Source: an uncultured Chlamydiales bacterium (GTDB taxonomy: Bacteria > Chlamydiota > Chlamydiia > Chlamydiales > Rhabdochlamydiaceae). From it: a DNA stretch of 64,000 bases. Made by a program: the position numbers and the translations under genes. The notes beneath the pieces were generated by a model, which was given only the letters and a program-made list of their open reading frames with translations, was not told the DNA's origin and did no database searches. Shown here piece by piece: positions 40,263-50,510 of this stretch; positions within the stretch are counted from its first letter, which is position 1; each line of letters starts with the position of its first letter. Location of the stretch: positions 704,001-768,000 of the forward strand of contig OY969554.1 of the NCBI GenBank assembly GCA_963700985.1, in the 5' to 3' direction.

Positions 40263-41294
40263 ATGATAAATCGAACTTTCTTTCTCTTGTCGCTCATCGC
40301 CCTCTCTCCTCTTTTGGCCAGAGAAAGCCAGAGAGAACCGCAAGCTGTCAATCTTGTGGCCGCAGACGAAAGTTTAGATGATGAGTCTGACGAAGAGCCT
40401 GTGTATGAAGCTGTCGAGCCAGAACAACAACCGATCAGATTTGGTAGACCAAAACAAGAAGTCATCGAGCCTCCCTCAACTTCATCTTGGAATTGCCAGA
40501 ATCGTGCTCATCCCGTTTTCGTGGATGTTCGCGACTTAGAGGGCACCGGCATAGGGTTTAAAAAAAGCTACGCTTCCGCTGATCTCTTTGTGACTGCAAT
40601 GACCCAAACTTGGCTTGCGCCATTTTTTGATCTAAGAGGACACTATTTTCGCGATGAGAAGAAGTATGCAGCCAACGCCGGCTTCGGCCTACGCGATATC
40701 TCAGAATCGCTCCAAACCGTCTTTGGCGTTAACCTGTTTTTCGACTACCGCCAAATCAAGCACGGCCGCTTTTATCAAGCAGGCGCAGGAATTGAAGTGT
40801 TGGGCGAAAAATGGGATTTCAGAGTCAACGGTTACCTTCCGGTCTTCGGCAGACGCGAAATGCTCTCTAGGCGAGAGATTCGCGTTCATCACAGGCTCAC
40901 GCGCGAGAAGAAAATTATCTCAAATTTTGTAGGCGGCGATATTGAGCTGGGAAGAGTTCTCTATAAATTCTGGGGCTTTAATATGAAAGCCACCGGAGGG
41001 GCATATTATCTTAATGGACTTTTCGACAAGCAACCCATTGGCGGGTTGCTGCGCATTTCAGGGCATCTATCGCCTTACATCTCGTTTGAAGGACAAGGCT
41101 CTTATGATCCATTTTTCAAATGGCGCGGTTCTGGACAGCTGGCCCTTGTGATCCCTTTCGGCAGGCGGTTTTTTGATCTTAAAAAACGCGATTGCCCAAA
41201 TGCCCATTATCATCCTCAAGAGCGACTCCTAGAGCAGGTATCACGCTTTGAAATTATCCCCATCGCGACTCATAAAGATCGCCACGCTCTTTAA
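40263..41294 (+). CDS. Inverse autotransporter (intimin/invasin-type) beta-barrel domain protein
   Basis: Signal peptide from ATG 40263; NAGFGLR, FGVNLFFDYR, QAGAGIE, WDFRVNGYLP. Confidence 0.8.
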   Translation: MINRTFFLLSLIALSPLLARESQREPQAVNLVAADESLDDESDEEPVYEAVEPEQQPIRFGRPKQEVIEPPSTSSWNCQNRAHPVFVDVRDLEGTGIGFKKSYASADLFVTAMTQTWLAPFFDLRGHYFRDEKKYAANAGFGLRDISESLQTVFGVNLFFDYRQIKHGRFYQAGAGIEVLGEKWDFRVNGYLPVFGRREMLSRREIRVHHRLTREKKIISNFVGGDIELGRVLYKFWGFNMKATGGAYYLNGLFDKQPIGGLLRISGHLSPYISFEGQGSYDPFFKWRGSGQLALVIPFGRRFFDLKKRDCPNAHYHPQERLLEQVSRFEIIPIATHKDRHAL

Positions 41295-41432
41295 AAGGGC
41301 GCCTCCTACTTCAAAAAATTTTTATTAATTTACTGTTAATAATTATTTAAAAAATAAAATAATTTTGTAATTTTAAAAATAATTAATTTTAGATATAATA
41401 CTAGCTTTAATACTCAAATTAAAGGTAATAAA

Positions 41433-42164
41433 ATGTCTCTTACAATACCCCCAACAACTTTAGCTCAACTCGCTCAGCTTAGCTTAGAGGAAACTCAGCC
41501 ATTGCCTCAGATATCAGCTATGATTGTTGATACTCTTCCGCATGACCTTACTGAGGCTCAACTTTCGGATACCATTTGCCAGTTGGAAGCGGAAAAAGCC
41601 GAGGCGCATCTTTCATATCAGTGGATGGGGCAGTTAAGTGCAGCTTTACTCAAGCATAAGCCTCAAGCAATTCTACAATTAGACAGAAAAGCTAGTTCAG
41701 AACGTCTCTCTGCTGAATCTGAAGAGCAAGCTGCCTCTTCAAACAAGAGCGCGATCAATTGGAAAAAATTGATATTGAAACTCAAATACCGTCAGCTACT
41801 TAAGAGTGTAGAGAGCCAATTTAATGCAGAAAACCAAGCATTCCATAAGAAACAGCACTATCAAGATGTTTGCCTTCAGGTTTTTAAAGACCGCGTTAGG
41901 CCAGAATTAACCTTGCAGTTGAATGAGCGCTTAAATGAAATTTATGAAAAAGCCCCTAAATTTGCGCGAAGAGCGTATAAATCTAAGGACGAGAAAGCTC
42001 AAGTGCTCCTTAGAAAAGCAACCATTGGGCTGCTAGATTTCTTCAAAGTAATTTCTGATATCAGATTTAAGGGAGACTGGAAGGAATTTATAGCTGAGGG
42101 AGCTTCTCCTGGAGGCATAGATAGCAAGCTCTCTTCTTCAGACGAAAAAAAAGCGCAGAGCTAA
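41433..42164 (+). CDS. Hypothetical helical protein, paralog of the next gene
   Basis: Shares WKxLxLKLK, APKF and QVLLxKATxGL with 42264-43280. Confidence 0.75.
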   Translation: MSLTIPPTTLAQLAQLSLEETQPLPQISAMIVDTLPHDLTEAQLSDTICQLEAEKAEAHLSYQWMGQLSAALLKHKPQAILQLDRKASSERLSAESEEQAASSNKSAINWKKLILKLKYRQLLKSVESQFNAENQAFHKKQHYQDVCLQVFKDRVRPELTLQLNERLNEIYEKAPKFARRAYKSKDEKAQVLLRKATIGLLDFFKVISDIRFKGDWKEFIAEGASPGGIDSKLSSSDEKKAQS

Positions 42165-42263
42165 ATTATGACGTTAACCTCACTTGGATTTAATTAAATA
42201 TAATTTAATTGTTTATAATTAGCAGAACAACTGATATAATTTTAGAATTAAATCAATTATTTA

Positions 42264-43280
42264 ATGGTGATAATGATGTCTGCGATCAATGAAAGAAGTC
42301 CAATCCCTCTTCCTCCGATGGCGGAACTATTTGCTGAGGCTCTTGAACACGGTTTAAGCCGAGAAAAACTTGAACAAGTTCTTTGTATGCAGGCAGTTTA
42401 TGGTGATGAACTTCATCACTCGAAATTAGCAACTCTCCATTTTCTATCTCGCTTTGAAAAAATTCGAGCTCACCTTTTCCAAAAAATTGATATAAAAATT
42501 GACTTTCAAGCCAGCACGCGCCCACCCTCATCTTTTGGCAAAACAGAACTCTTATGGAAAAGACTGTTGTTAAAGCTCAAATTCCAAGAGCAAATACAGT
42601 GTTTAAAAGATACTGAGCTTGAGACAGGCAAACAATTAGGTGTAGCAATTGAAGTCTTTAAGGTCTTCAAACACGACTATGTAAGTAGATTCGGCCATGA
42701 GGCTTTTAATCTCCAGCTAGCAAAACACGCATCTGATGCGCCTAAATTTATTCCAAGACCAGAACAAGTGCTCCTTAAAAAAGCCACTTCTGGCCTACGC
42801 AACGTTTACAAAAGAATTAGTGACGTCCAAATTGCGAGACAAGAAGCAAAAAAACCTGTACCAACTATAGCCCTAACTCCACCTCCTCTGGTAAATTCCC
42901 AACAAGAAAAAGAAATTAGACTTGAAGCTTATAGATTAGCCGGCAGCATCGGATCTCTTGATACAGCTATTCAACGCGCGCGCTATTCTGGAAAAATTCC
43001 TTCTGCTCAACTAGCTGAGCTCGAAAAAATTGGGGGGAAGTTTCTTTCTAAAAAATATGGTCGGCTTGATGTTCTAATAAATGAGTATTTAGGATTATTT
43101 GGAATTGAAATGAGTCAAAAACTCCACGCAAAAATCCAAAAAAACTACGTCTGTCATAGACTTAGAATTTTCCCTGTAAGCGGTGAAGATTTCCCGTTAG
43201 ACAGACTTAAAGATCCTATCGCCGCCATAGCTGACCCAGACCGGTTTGTAGAACGAGTTATTGAAACTCCAAATTCCTAA
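42264..43280 (+). CDS. Hypothetical helical protein, paralog of the previous gene
   Basis: Same shared motifs plus C-terminal extension; start may be 42273 or 42276. Confidence 0.75.
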   Translation: MVIMMSAINERSPIPLPPMAELFAEALEHGLSREKLEQVLCMQAVYGDELHHSKLATLHFLSRFEKIRAHLFQKIDIKIDFQASTRPPSSFGKTELLWKRLLLKLKFQEQIQCLKDTELETGKQLGVAIEVFKVFKHDYVSRFGHEAFNLQLAKHASDAPKFIPRPEQVLLKKATSGLRNVYKRISDVQIARQEAKKPVPTIALTPPPLVNSQQEKEIRLEAYRLAGSIGSLDTAIQRARYSGKIPSAQLAELEKIGGKFLSKKYGRLDVLINEYLGLFGIEMSQKLHAKIQKNYVCHRLRIFPVSGEDFPLDRLKDPIAAIADPDRFVERVIETPNS

Positions 43281-43335
43281 GTATTTTCTCAGATCGCCTA
43301 TTGCAAAAATTACTTGTGCCCTCTAAATAGAGGGT

Positions 43336-45984
43336 ATGTCTACACGCGTAAAACAATCTCTAGAACATAAAAGACTCGTCGAGAAATTCGAAGGAGAGGT
43401 CGCACCTTGGCAAAAATGGGGCCCATATGTCTCAGAACGCTCTTGGGGCACTGTTAGAGAAGATTATAGCGAGAATGGCGATGCTTGGTCCTACTTCCCC
43501 TTCTGGGATGCGCACAAACGCGTCTATCGTTGGGGTGAAGATGCCATTGCGGGCTGGTGTGATCGTTATCAAACCTTAGTCTTTGCGCCAGCCTTTTGGA
43601 ATGGCAAGGACCCTATCTTAAAAGAGCGCCTCTATGGACTGGCTTCCCTCGAAGGAAACCATGGAGAGGATGTCAAAGAGTGCTACTACCATCTCGATGG
43701 CACGCCGACACACTCTTACATGAAGTATCTTTACAAATACCCTCAGCAAGAATTCCCCTATCACAAACTAAAGGAAGTAAACGCACAAAGAGGCACTAAC
43801 GATTCCGAATACGAGCTAACCGATACGGGAATTTTTGCAGACAATCGCTATTTTGATATCTTTATCGAATACGCTAAAGCTTCGCCTGAAGATACCTGTA
43901 TTCGCATCGAAGCTTTTAACCGCGCGAATGAACCAGCTTCTTTACACATCCTGCCTCAGCTCTGGTTTCGCAATCGATGGGGCTGGGGCGAAGAGCGCCT
44001 GCCAGAACCGGTGATCAGCAAAGATCCGCATCATCAGAGCTTAATCGCCGACGATACTAATCAGCCCTCTCCTTCCACGCTTTCTTTCGATTACCATCTA
44101 GGCAAACGCTACCTTTATGGATCACGCGGCGCGCAACTTCTTTTTACAGATAATGAAAATGTTGCGCCCAATTTGCGCTACTATAAAGACGGCTTTCATC
44201 AAGCTGTTATTCACAGCCAGAATACTGTAAATCCAGACCTAAAAGGCACAAAAGCGTGCTTTCACTATTTCTTTAAAGATATTCCGCCAAAGGAATCCGT
44301 TGTACTCCACCTTAGGCTCACTAATCATTCGATGAGTGCACCGCTTGGAGACATCGAAGAGATCATTCACAAGCGAAAAAAAGAAGCTGACGCATTTTAT
44401 GAAGCAATTCATCCAAAGCATGCCACTGCTGAGGAAAAAGAGATCGAACGTCAAGCGATCGCTGGGATGCTATGGAATAAGCAGATCTATCTCTATGATG
44501 TAAGTCGCTGGCTTGAGGGTGACAATCCCAAGCATCCACCTCCTGCATCACGCGAAAATATCCGCAACTCGCATTGGAAACATCTCAACTCAATGCGCAT
44601 TCTATCGATGCCTGATAAGTGGGAGTATCCTTGGTTTGCAGCTTGGGATTTGGCCTTCCATGCTCTCACGCTTGCGCTGGTAGATATAGAATTTGCCAAA
44701 GATCAACTCTGGCTGCTGCTATTCGATCAGTTCCAACATCCAAATGGCGCTATTCCGGCTTACGAATGGGAATTTTCCGATTTAAATCCACCAATCCAAA
44801 GCTGGGTGGCTTTACGCCTCTATCAAATGCAGCGCGAAAAAGAAGGCATAGAAGATATGGCCTTCCTAAAAAAATGTTTCCACAAGCTCATCATGAACTT
44901 TGCTTGGTGGGTAAATCGAGTTGACAGTTCTGGCCACAACGTCTTTGAAGGTGGCTTCTTAGGCCTGGATAACATCACCATTGTCGATCGTTCACTTGGA
45001 CATGAAAATGATGCTACCCTCCGTCAATCCGATGGAACAGGTTGGATGGCTTTCTTCTGTCTTAATCTCATGCGCATTGCATTAGAGCTGGCTAAAGAAG
45101 ACAAAACTTACGAAGCGATGGCCACTAAGTTTTTCCAGCACTTTATTTATATCGCTTATGCCATGAAAAAGATTGGCAACCAGAACTATGAACTCTGGAG
45201 CGAAAAAGATGGCTTCTTCTACGATGTGCTCTCCTTTCCAGATGGGCACTTTGCGAAGTTCCGCGTACGCTCACTCGTAGGGATCATTCCTCTTTATGCG
45301 GTGGATATCATTACAGATGAAGAGCTAGACAAATTTCCAGAATTTAAACGCAATTTCCTCTGGTTTTTGAACAACCGTACATCGCTTACTGAAGATTGCG
45401 CGATCCCTTTTGAAAGTGACGGCAAAAAGAGCTACTTGCTATCTCTTGTGAATCGCAAACAACTTCAGAGCATTTTAGGCTATATTTGGAATCCAAATGA
45501 GTTTCGTTCCGAGTTTGGCTTGCGCAGTCTTTCAAAGTTTCACGAGGCAAATCCCTTCTTCTATAAAGACAAGCAGATCGCCTATGAGCCAGGTGAATCA
45601 TTGCACAAACTTAAAGGCGGAAATTCAAATTGGCGCGGCCCGATCTGGTTTCCAACTAGCTATCTGCTGATCCAATCGCTTAATAAATATGCTCAGGTAT
45701 ATCCGCATGACTTTGCAATTAAGGTGAATGAAGAGCAGCCAGCCAAAATCGAAGATATTTCGCGCTATTTCGCAGATAGACTCATCTCTCTTTTCAAAAA
45801 AAACCCAGACGGTGTTCGCCCTTTTATCGGCAGCGCCTTTCCCTTTGTCAAAGACCCCTATTTTCAAGATCATATCCAGTTTTACGAGTATTATCATGCC
45901 GAAACCGGCAAAGGCCTTGGTGCCTCGCACCAGACCGGCTGGAGCGGCCTCGTAGCCAATCTAATCCACGAATTCCGCAATTAG
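43336..45984 (+). CDS. GH63-like (MGH1-like) glucosidase
   Basis: WGPYVSERSWGTVREDYS, SMPDKWEYPWFAAWDLAFH, GGNSNWRGPIW, GLGASHQTGW. Confidence 0.88.
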   Translation: MSTRVKQSLEHKRLVEKFEGEVAPWQKWGPYVSERSWGTVREDYSENGDAWSYFPFWDAHKRVYRWGEDAIAGWCDRYQTLVFAPAFWNGKDPILKERLYGLASLEGNHGEDVKECYYHLDGTPTHSYMKYLYKYPQQEFPYHKLKEVNAQRGTNDSEYELTDTGIFADNRYFDIFIEYAKASPEDTCIRIEAFNRANEPASLHILPQLWFRNRWGWGEERLPEPVISKDPHHQSLIADDTNQPSPSTLSFDYHLGKRYLYGSRGAQLLFTDNENVAPNLRYYKDGFHQAVIHSQNTVNPDLKGTKACFHYFFKDIPPKESVVLHLRLTNHSMSAPLGDIEEIIHKRKKEADAFYEAIHPKHATAEEKEIERQAIAGMLWNKQIYLYDVSRWLEGDNPKHPPPASRENIRNSHWKHLNSMRILSMPDKWEYPWFAAWDLAFHALTLALVDIEFAKDQLWLLLFDQFQHPNGAIPAYEWEFSDLNPPIQSWVALRLYQMQREKEGIEDMAFLKKCFHKLIMNFAWWVNRVDSSGHNVFEGGFLGLDNITIVDRSLGHENDATLRQSDGTGWMAFFCLNLMRIALELAKEDKTYEAMATKFFQHFIYIAYAMKKIGNQNYELWSEKDGFFYDVLSFPDGHFAKFRVRSLVGIIPLYAVDIITDEELDKFPEFKRNFLWFLNNRTSLTEDCAIPFESDGKKSYLLSLVNRKQLQSILGYIWNPNEFRSEFGLRSLSKFHEANPFFYKDKQIAYEPGESLHKLKGGNSNWRGPIWFPTSYLLIQSLNKYAQVYPHDFAIKVNEEQPAKIEDISRYFADRLISLFKKNPDGVRPFIGSAFPFVKDPYFQDHIQFYEYYHAETGKGLGASHQTGWSGLVANLIHEFRN

Positions 45985-46103
45985 AACTCGATTTTCTTAA
46001 AAAGATGAATATCTAACATTAATCTATAAACAAAATTTTATTAACTAATTTAATTAAATCATCATAAATGATATAAATACTCACCTACTTAAATCTAAAA
46101 TAG

Positions 46104-47168
46104 GTGAAAGAAGTGATTAGCCAGCCAATTATATATTATCGTGATTTTCACAACGACTTCCCAACTGAAAAACTTCCGCAAGGCGTATGGCAAGAGGGGC
46201 AACGTATTTTACAGACTGCTCTTCCTCTTTTAAGCATCCACCGCCCCTTTCGTGACCCTCTGTCGCTTGGCTTGTCTGGTTTGCGTGCCTTAACCAACGC
46301 TAGCCAGTTCATTGAAGATATTAAGCAGGGGGAAATTACCGAAGGCGCTTTCCATTTTCTTCACGCAAGCTTAGCCACCACAGCCGTTGGCCTCAGCTTC
46401 TTCAATCCTGTGCTCGCTTCACTTACTTCAACCACAAGCGATCTAATCATTCACTCTCGCACTTTCTTTGAGCAGGCTTGTGCAGGCAACATGCAAACCG
46501 CCTTGCTTGCGCTCTCTTACCTCACGCTCGACCTTCTTTTCCTCGCCTCTTTTTGTTATGGGATGATTGAGATCACCGTAGCCTGCATGCTGCTGCAAAT
46601 TATTCTCGATCTGCATCAATCCGCAGCACATTTCATCAATGGTGATCTTTTTGCAGGTATTTGCCAGGCAACGCTTGCAGGCGCACATATCTATCAAGCT
46701 ATTCCTCAAATAAGAACGCTGCAATGGACGTGGGAACAGAATCCAGTTCTGTCGGCTGAACTAAAGCAAGCAGAAAATGGCTTCACCTATCTCGACATTC
46801 CTGACGAGTATGTACATAGCCTGTTTAAGTTGTGCGATGATGCAGGGGTAGAACTTCCCCCTTACTTTGGAGAAGGCCTTGCCGGGGCGCATGTAAGCGC
46901 GATTCTTGGCGATGAGATAAGCGCTGCTGGCTCACCCAAAATCTCTGAGATTGGCCGAAAATTTGATTTCCGCATTGTCAATTGGGATTCACTTAAACCT
47001 GCAGGCTGGAATGGCGTCGATAAGGTCTATTTCTTAACTTTAAGCTGCCCTGAACTCGAGAGCGTGCGCTCAACTTACGGTTTTTCTCCAAAAATACACC
47101 ACGATCATGACTTCCATTTGACTTTTGGCATCCACAGAGAATCAGCACCTATTCAGGAACTGGCTTAA
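46104..47168 (+). CDS. Multi-TM N-terminal module plus 2H phosphoesterase domain (candidate effector)
   Basis: Two Hx[S/T] motifs, AHVSA and FHLTF, about 75 aa apart; N-terminus colinear with 32014-34131. Confidence 0.8.
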   Translation: MKEVISQPIIYYRDFHNDFPTEKLPQGVWQEGQRILQTALPLLSIHRPFRDPLSLGLSGLRALTNASQFIEDIKQGEITEGAFHFLHASLATTAVGLSFFNPVLASLTSTTSDLIIHSRTFFEQACAGNMQTALLALSYLTLDLLFLASFCYGMIEITVACMLLQIILDLHQSAAHFINGDLFAGICQATLAGAHIYQAIPQIRTLQWTWEQNPVLSAELKQAENGFTYLDIPDEYVHSLFKLCDDAGVELPPYFGEGLAGAHVSAILGDEISAAGSPKISEIGRKFDFRIVNWDSLKPAGWNGVDKVYFLTLSCPELESVRSTYGFSPKIHHDHDFHLTFGIHRESAPIQELA

Positions 47169-48454
47169 CTAAAGACAGCCTTAACAAACAGCGTACGCGC
47201 TTGTGTGTATTTGAAAAAGTCATCGCTGTGCGCATCAACGCCAGCTGGCGAAGTAAAATAGATACGCACTACAGTCTGATTTACTTTCTCGGCAAGTTGC
47301 GCATATCTATCTTTTACAGCTTGAGAAAGTCGCTCATCATTACTTGCATGAATGAGAACGATTTTTCCTCTTTTGCTTAGATTTAGATCTCGCCATAACT
47401 CTTCTACGTTAAAACCGCACTCTTGAGGCCTGTCTAATAATGTCGATGGGAAGTCGCGACTTTGTAAAGAACGCAAAAGAGGTGTTGCCATAAACCGCGC
47501 AAGAGGCTGCGCGCTTATAAAATCTCTACGAAAGTTGCTAAAACTCTGCTCCGCAAAGAAATTTATGCCTTCGGCATGCAATTTGCTTTTGAGATAAGCA
47601 GCAACAGGTTCACCCCCGCAAAAGCCACCGACCCAAAGCTGCTCAGGTTTATAAGGCTTTTTACTTTGGAGTTTAGCAAAGACTGCTTCGATATCGAGAT
47701 AGAAAGCGCCTTCGGAGGGAATTCTGCCACGACTCTTCCAGATGCCGCTATTATCAAAAAAGCAGAAATCCATTTTCATGCCCAAATAGAAACCTGCACG
47801 TAAACGATCGGTGATGAAGGGCCCGCTAGTAGATCGGCAATAGAGAATACAGCGAGAGTGCCATTCTTTCTGGGGAATTAAATGGGCCTCATTGTTTGTC
47901 ACAATCCCATGAAGTGCAAATCCATTAACCTGCGGAAGAGATATCTCATTCCAACCAAATTTAAGCAGCACGTCTTTTTTAAATTGTTGTCATTGATGCG
48001 TGTTCTGGATGTCTTGTGGAGGGATAATGACCAAAGCGGGTTTTCCATTGATGAGTATCTCTTCCCACTTTGCACCATAATTTTCCAGAAGCCCTTCAAA
48101 ATCTCTTGCTTTAAGCGTGAGCATGTGGACCGAGCCTCTTCCATCTCGAGGTGTAGCAAAATGCTCTACTCCACCAATAGCTTTAAAAAGCTCAAGAGAT
48201 CTCTGTGCCCGCGTTTCATCGAACTTAGTTGGGAAAAGCGTGCGCTGGGAAATTGCCTTATAGAGGTAGACAATCGTACGTTCTAAACAGCCATTTTGCT
48301 GCACTGCAAACCGAAATACAGGCACACGTAAAACGCGTTCGAAAAGAGAATAGAGCGGCTTGGCAAAAGAACCAGTAATGCTGGATACATTAGCGGCTAG
48401 AAGAAACTTTTCATCCTCATATACACATGACGCACTAGCTGGACGAACTGCCAT
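47165..48454 (-). pseudogene. Alpha/beta hydrolase paralog interrupted by one in-frame TGA
   Basis: ORFs 47990-48454 and 47165-47971 are in the same frame; HQ*QQFKK aligns with PAWKEFKK of 48549-49826. Confidence 0.8.
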
Positions 48455-48548
48455 ATTTTAATCTCCAAATTTAGCTTGGGGCATGCTGATCATATTCTAA
48501 CTTCCCCAACACAATTCAACTGGTTCTAAGCGTGGCCAAAAAATTGAC

Positions 48549-49826
48549 TTAACTAAAGACAGCCTTAACAAACAGCGTACGCGCTTGTGAGTCTATGAAA
48601 AAATCTGCGCTATGCCCATTTATCCCACGAGGCGGAGTAAAGTAGATGCGCACAACTACTTTATTTACTCTGGCTGCAAGCTCTGCAAATAGCTCTTTTA
48701 CGGCTGGAGATATAAGCTCATCATGTCGTGCGTGAATGAGAACGATTTTTCCTTTTTGGCTCTGCTTTAAATCGCGCCATAACCCATCGATATTAAAATT
48801 GCACTCGAGTGGCCTATCTACCAATTGACGTGGGATATCCCGGCTGTACAGAGTGCGTAAAAACCAGGGCATCAAAAAACGTGATAATGGTTTTGGAGCG
48901 ACAAAATCGCGCTCAAAATTGCTGAAGCCCTGTTCTGCAAAAAAATTCACGCCACTTGCGTGCAATTTTTTCTTCAGATGTGCGGCAACAGGCGTACCTC
49001 CACAAAATCCTCCAATCCAAAGCTGTTCCGGATTATAGGAGTTTAGGCTTTGAAGCTTTTCATAAACTGCTTCCATATCGAGATAGAACGCAGCTTCAGA
49101 AGGCGTACCCTCACTTTTCCAAATACCTCTACTCGAAAAAAAGCAGAAATCCTGTTTCAGGCCTAAATAGAAGCCGGCTCTCGGGCGATCGATAATGAAA
49201 GGCCCACTGGCAGAGCGGCAATAGAGAAAGCAGCGCGGGGCCCATGTTCTATAAGGGATTAAATTTGCATCAGAACTTGTGATGATCACGTCAACACAAC
49301 CACTATCAAAGCGCAGCGTCTGCTCTTTCCATCCAAATTGAAGAAGAGTGTTCTTTTTAAACTCTTTCCAGGCGGGCTGCGTGGCAAAAAAATCAGCGGG
49401 TGGAACAATAGCCAAAACATGATTTTCCCCCGTCACGATCTCTTCCCAGCGAGCTCCATAACTCTGCAAAATAGATTCAAAGTCTTTCGCCCTAAGCGTA
49501 AGCATATGAACTAAGCCTTTTTCATCTCGAGGACGCACAAAGCTCTCTACTCCGCCGATATTTTTAAACATTCGGAGGGATCTTTCTGCACGGGATTCAT
49601 TGAAGCTAAAAGGGAAAAGAGTACGCTTAGAACAAGCGTTATAAAGCCATACGATGGCACGTTCTAAACAACCGTGATGTACGCCAGCCCGAAATACGGG
49701 AATACGAACGATGCGTTCAAAAATTGAATAGAGAGATCCTGCAGGAGGAGCACTTGCGAGATTCGCCTCAGGAAAACCATTTTTAGTCTCAGATCTAAAA
49801 CTTCCAGTGAGCTCTCTTACAGCCAT
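48549..49826 (-). CDS. Alpha/beta hydrolase fold protein with GFCGG nucleophile elbow
   Basis: RGIWKSEGTPSEAAFYLD, WIGGFCGG, LIHARHDE, terminal His in GHSA. Confidence 0.8.
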   Translation of the reverse strand: MAVRELTGSFRSETKNGFPEANLASAPPAGSLYSIFERIVRIPVFRAGVHHGCLERAIVWLYNACSKRTLFPFSFNESRAERSLRMFKNIGGVESFVRPRDEKGLVHMLTLRAKDFESILQSYGARWEEIVTGENHVLAIVPPADFFATQPAWKEFKKNTLLQFGWKEQTLRFDSGCVDVIITSSDANLIPYRTWAPRCFLYCRSASGPFIIDRPRAGFYLGLKQDFCFFSSRGIWKSEGTPSEAAFYLDMEAVYEKLQSLNSYNPEQLWIGGFCGGTPVAAHLKKKLHASGVNFFAEQGFSNFERDFVAPKPLSRFLMPWFLRTLYSRDIPRQLVDRPLECNFNIDGLWRDLKQSQKGKIVLIHARHDELISPAVKELFAELAARVNKVVVRIYFTPPRGINGHSADFFIDSQARTLFVKAVFS

Positions 49827-49928
49827 ACATAACCCTCAAGTTAAACAGGAGTATCAAATCGAGAGCCACGAGTATAACCTGCCTCTATAAAATTCCAAAT
49901 CTTTTTAGAGATGTCTACAAACTAGAGC

Positions 49929-50447
49929 TTATCGAGATAACAAGGATGGGTTCAAAGATTGGAAACCCGTATCGCGCAAGGTTTTCTGAAATTCCTTAAT
50001 CAAAGCATATTCTTGAAATTCCCTCTCACGAGCTTTGAATGCCGCGTGGTGGATCTTCCGTTTTTGCCATCTCTCTTTTATGGGAGGAAGCACGTGGTGT
50101 AGCATTTCATGATAAACGACATAGGAGAGCACGTGATGCGGAACATGCGCTTGGTCGAGCAAGCGGTGGATCTTGATTAGCTGGCTATGCTGGTTATAGG
50201 TGCCCAGAGTAAGGCGCCGCTTGGGCACCGACTTTTTGCTTCCAAACCAGGTAATAGAAAGGTCTAGCTTATTTTCAAAATAGTGCGCATTGACGCTTTG
50301 ATAGATCTCATTTAAGTTGTAATGCTCACCCAGGTGTTTTAACGTTCTCGTAGGCCTTCGTGCTTTCGACCGTCTTATCTTGGCAGCTGCCTTGGGTTTA
50401 TATAAGCGATAGAGGCGGCCTAAAAATGTGGAAATTTCTTTGTTCAT
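49929..50447 (-). CDS. SprT-like zinc metalloprotease domain protein
   Basis: VNAHYF, LGTY, YHEMLH, HHAAF. Confidence 0.8.
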   Translation of the reverse strand: MNKEISTFLGRLYRLYKPKAAAKIRRSKARRPTRTLKHLGEHYNLNEIYQSVNAHYFENKLDLSITWFGSKKSVPKRRLTLGTYNQHSQLIKIHRLLDQAHVPHHVLSYVVYHEMLHHVLPPIKERWQKRKIHHAAFKAREREFQEYALIKEFQKTLRDTGFQSLNPSLLSR

Positions 50448-50510
50448 CTAAAAGAGGTCTATTGAAAAATTTCTTGATAACTGAAATGATACATTGTTAA
50501 GGGAATAATA

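Noticed and set aside
43330-43345. AGAGGGTATGTCTACA as another end of the 63148 element
   Set aside because: Explained by the RBS and first codons of the GH63 gene.
47990-47992. Genome-wide TGA=Trp recoding
   Set aside because: TGA terminates conserved genes at expected positions (skp, tyrS, ABC operon genes) and long conserved ORFs contain no internal TGA.
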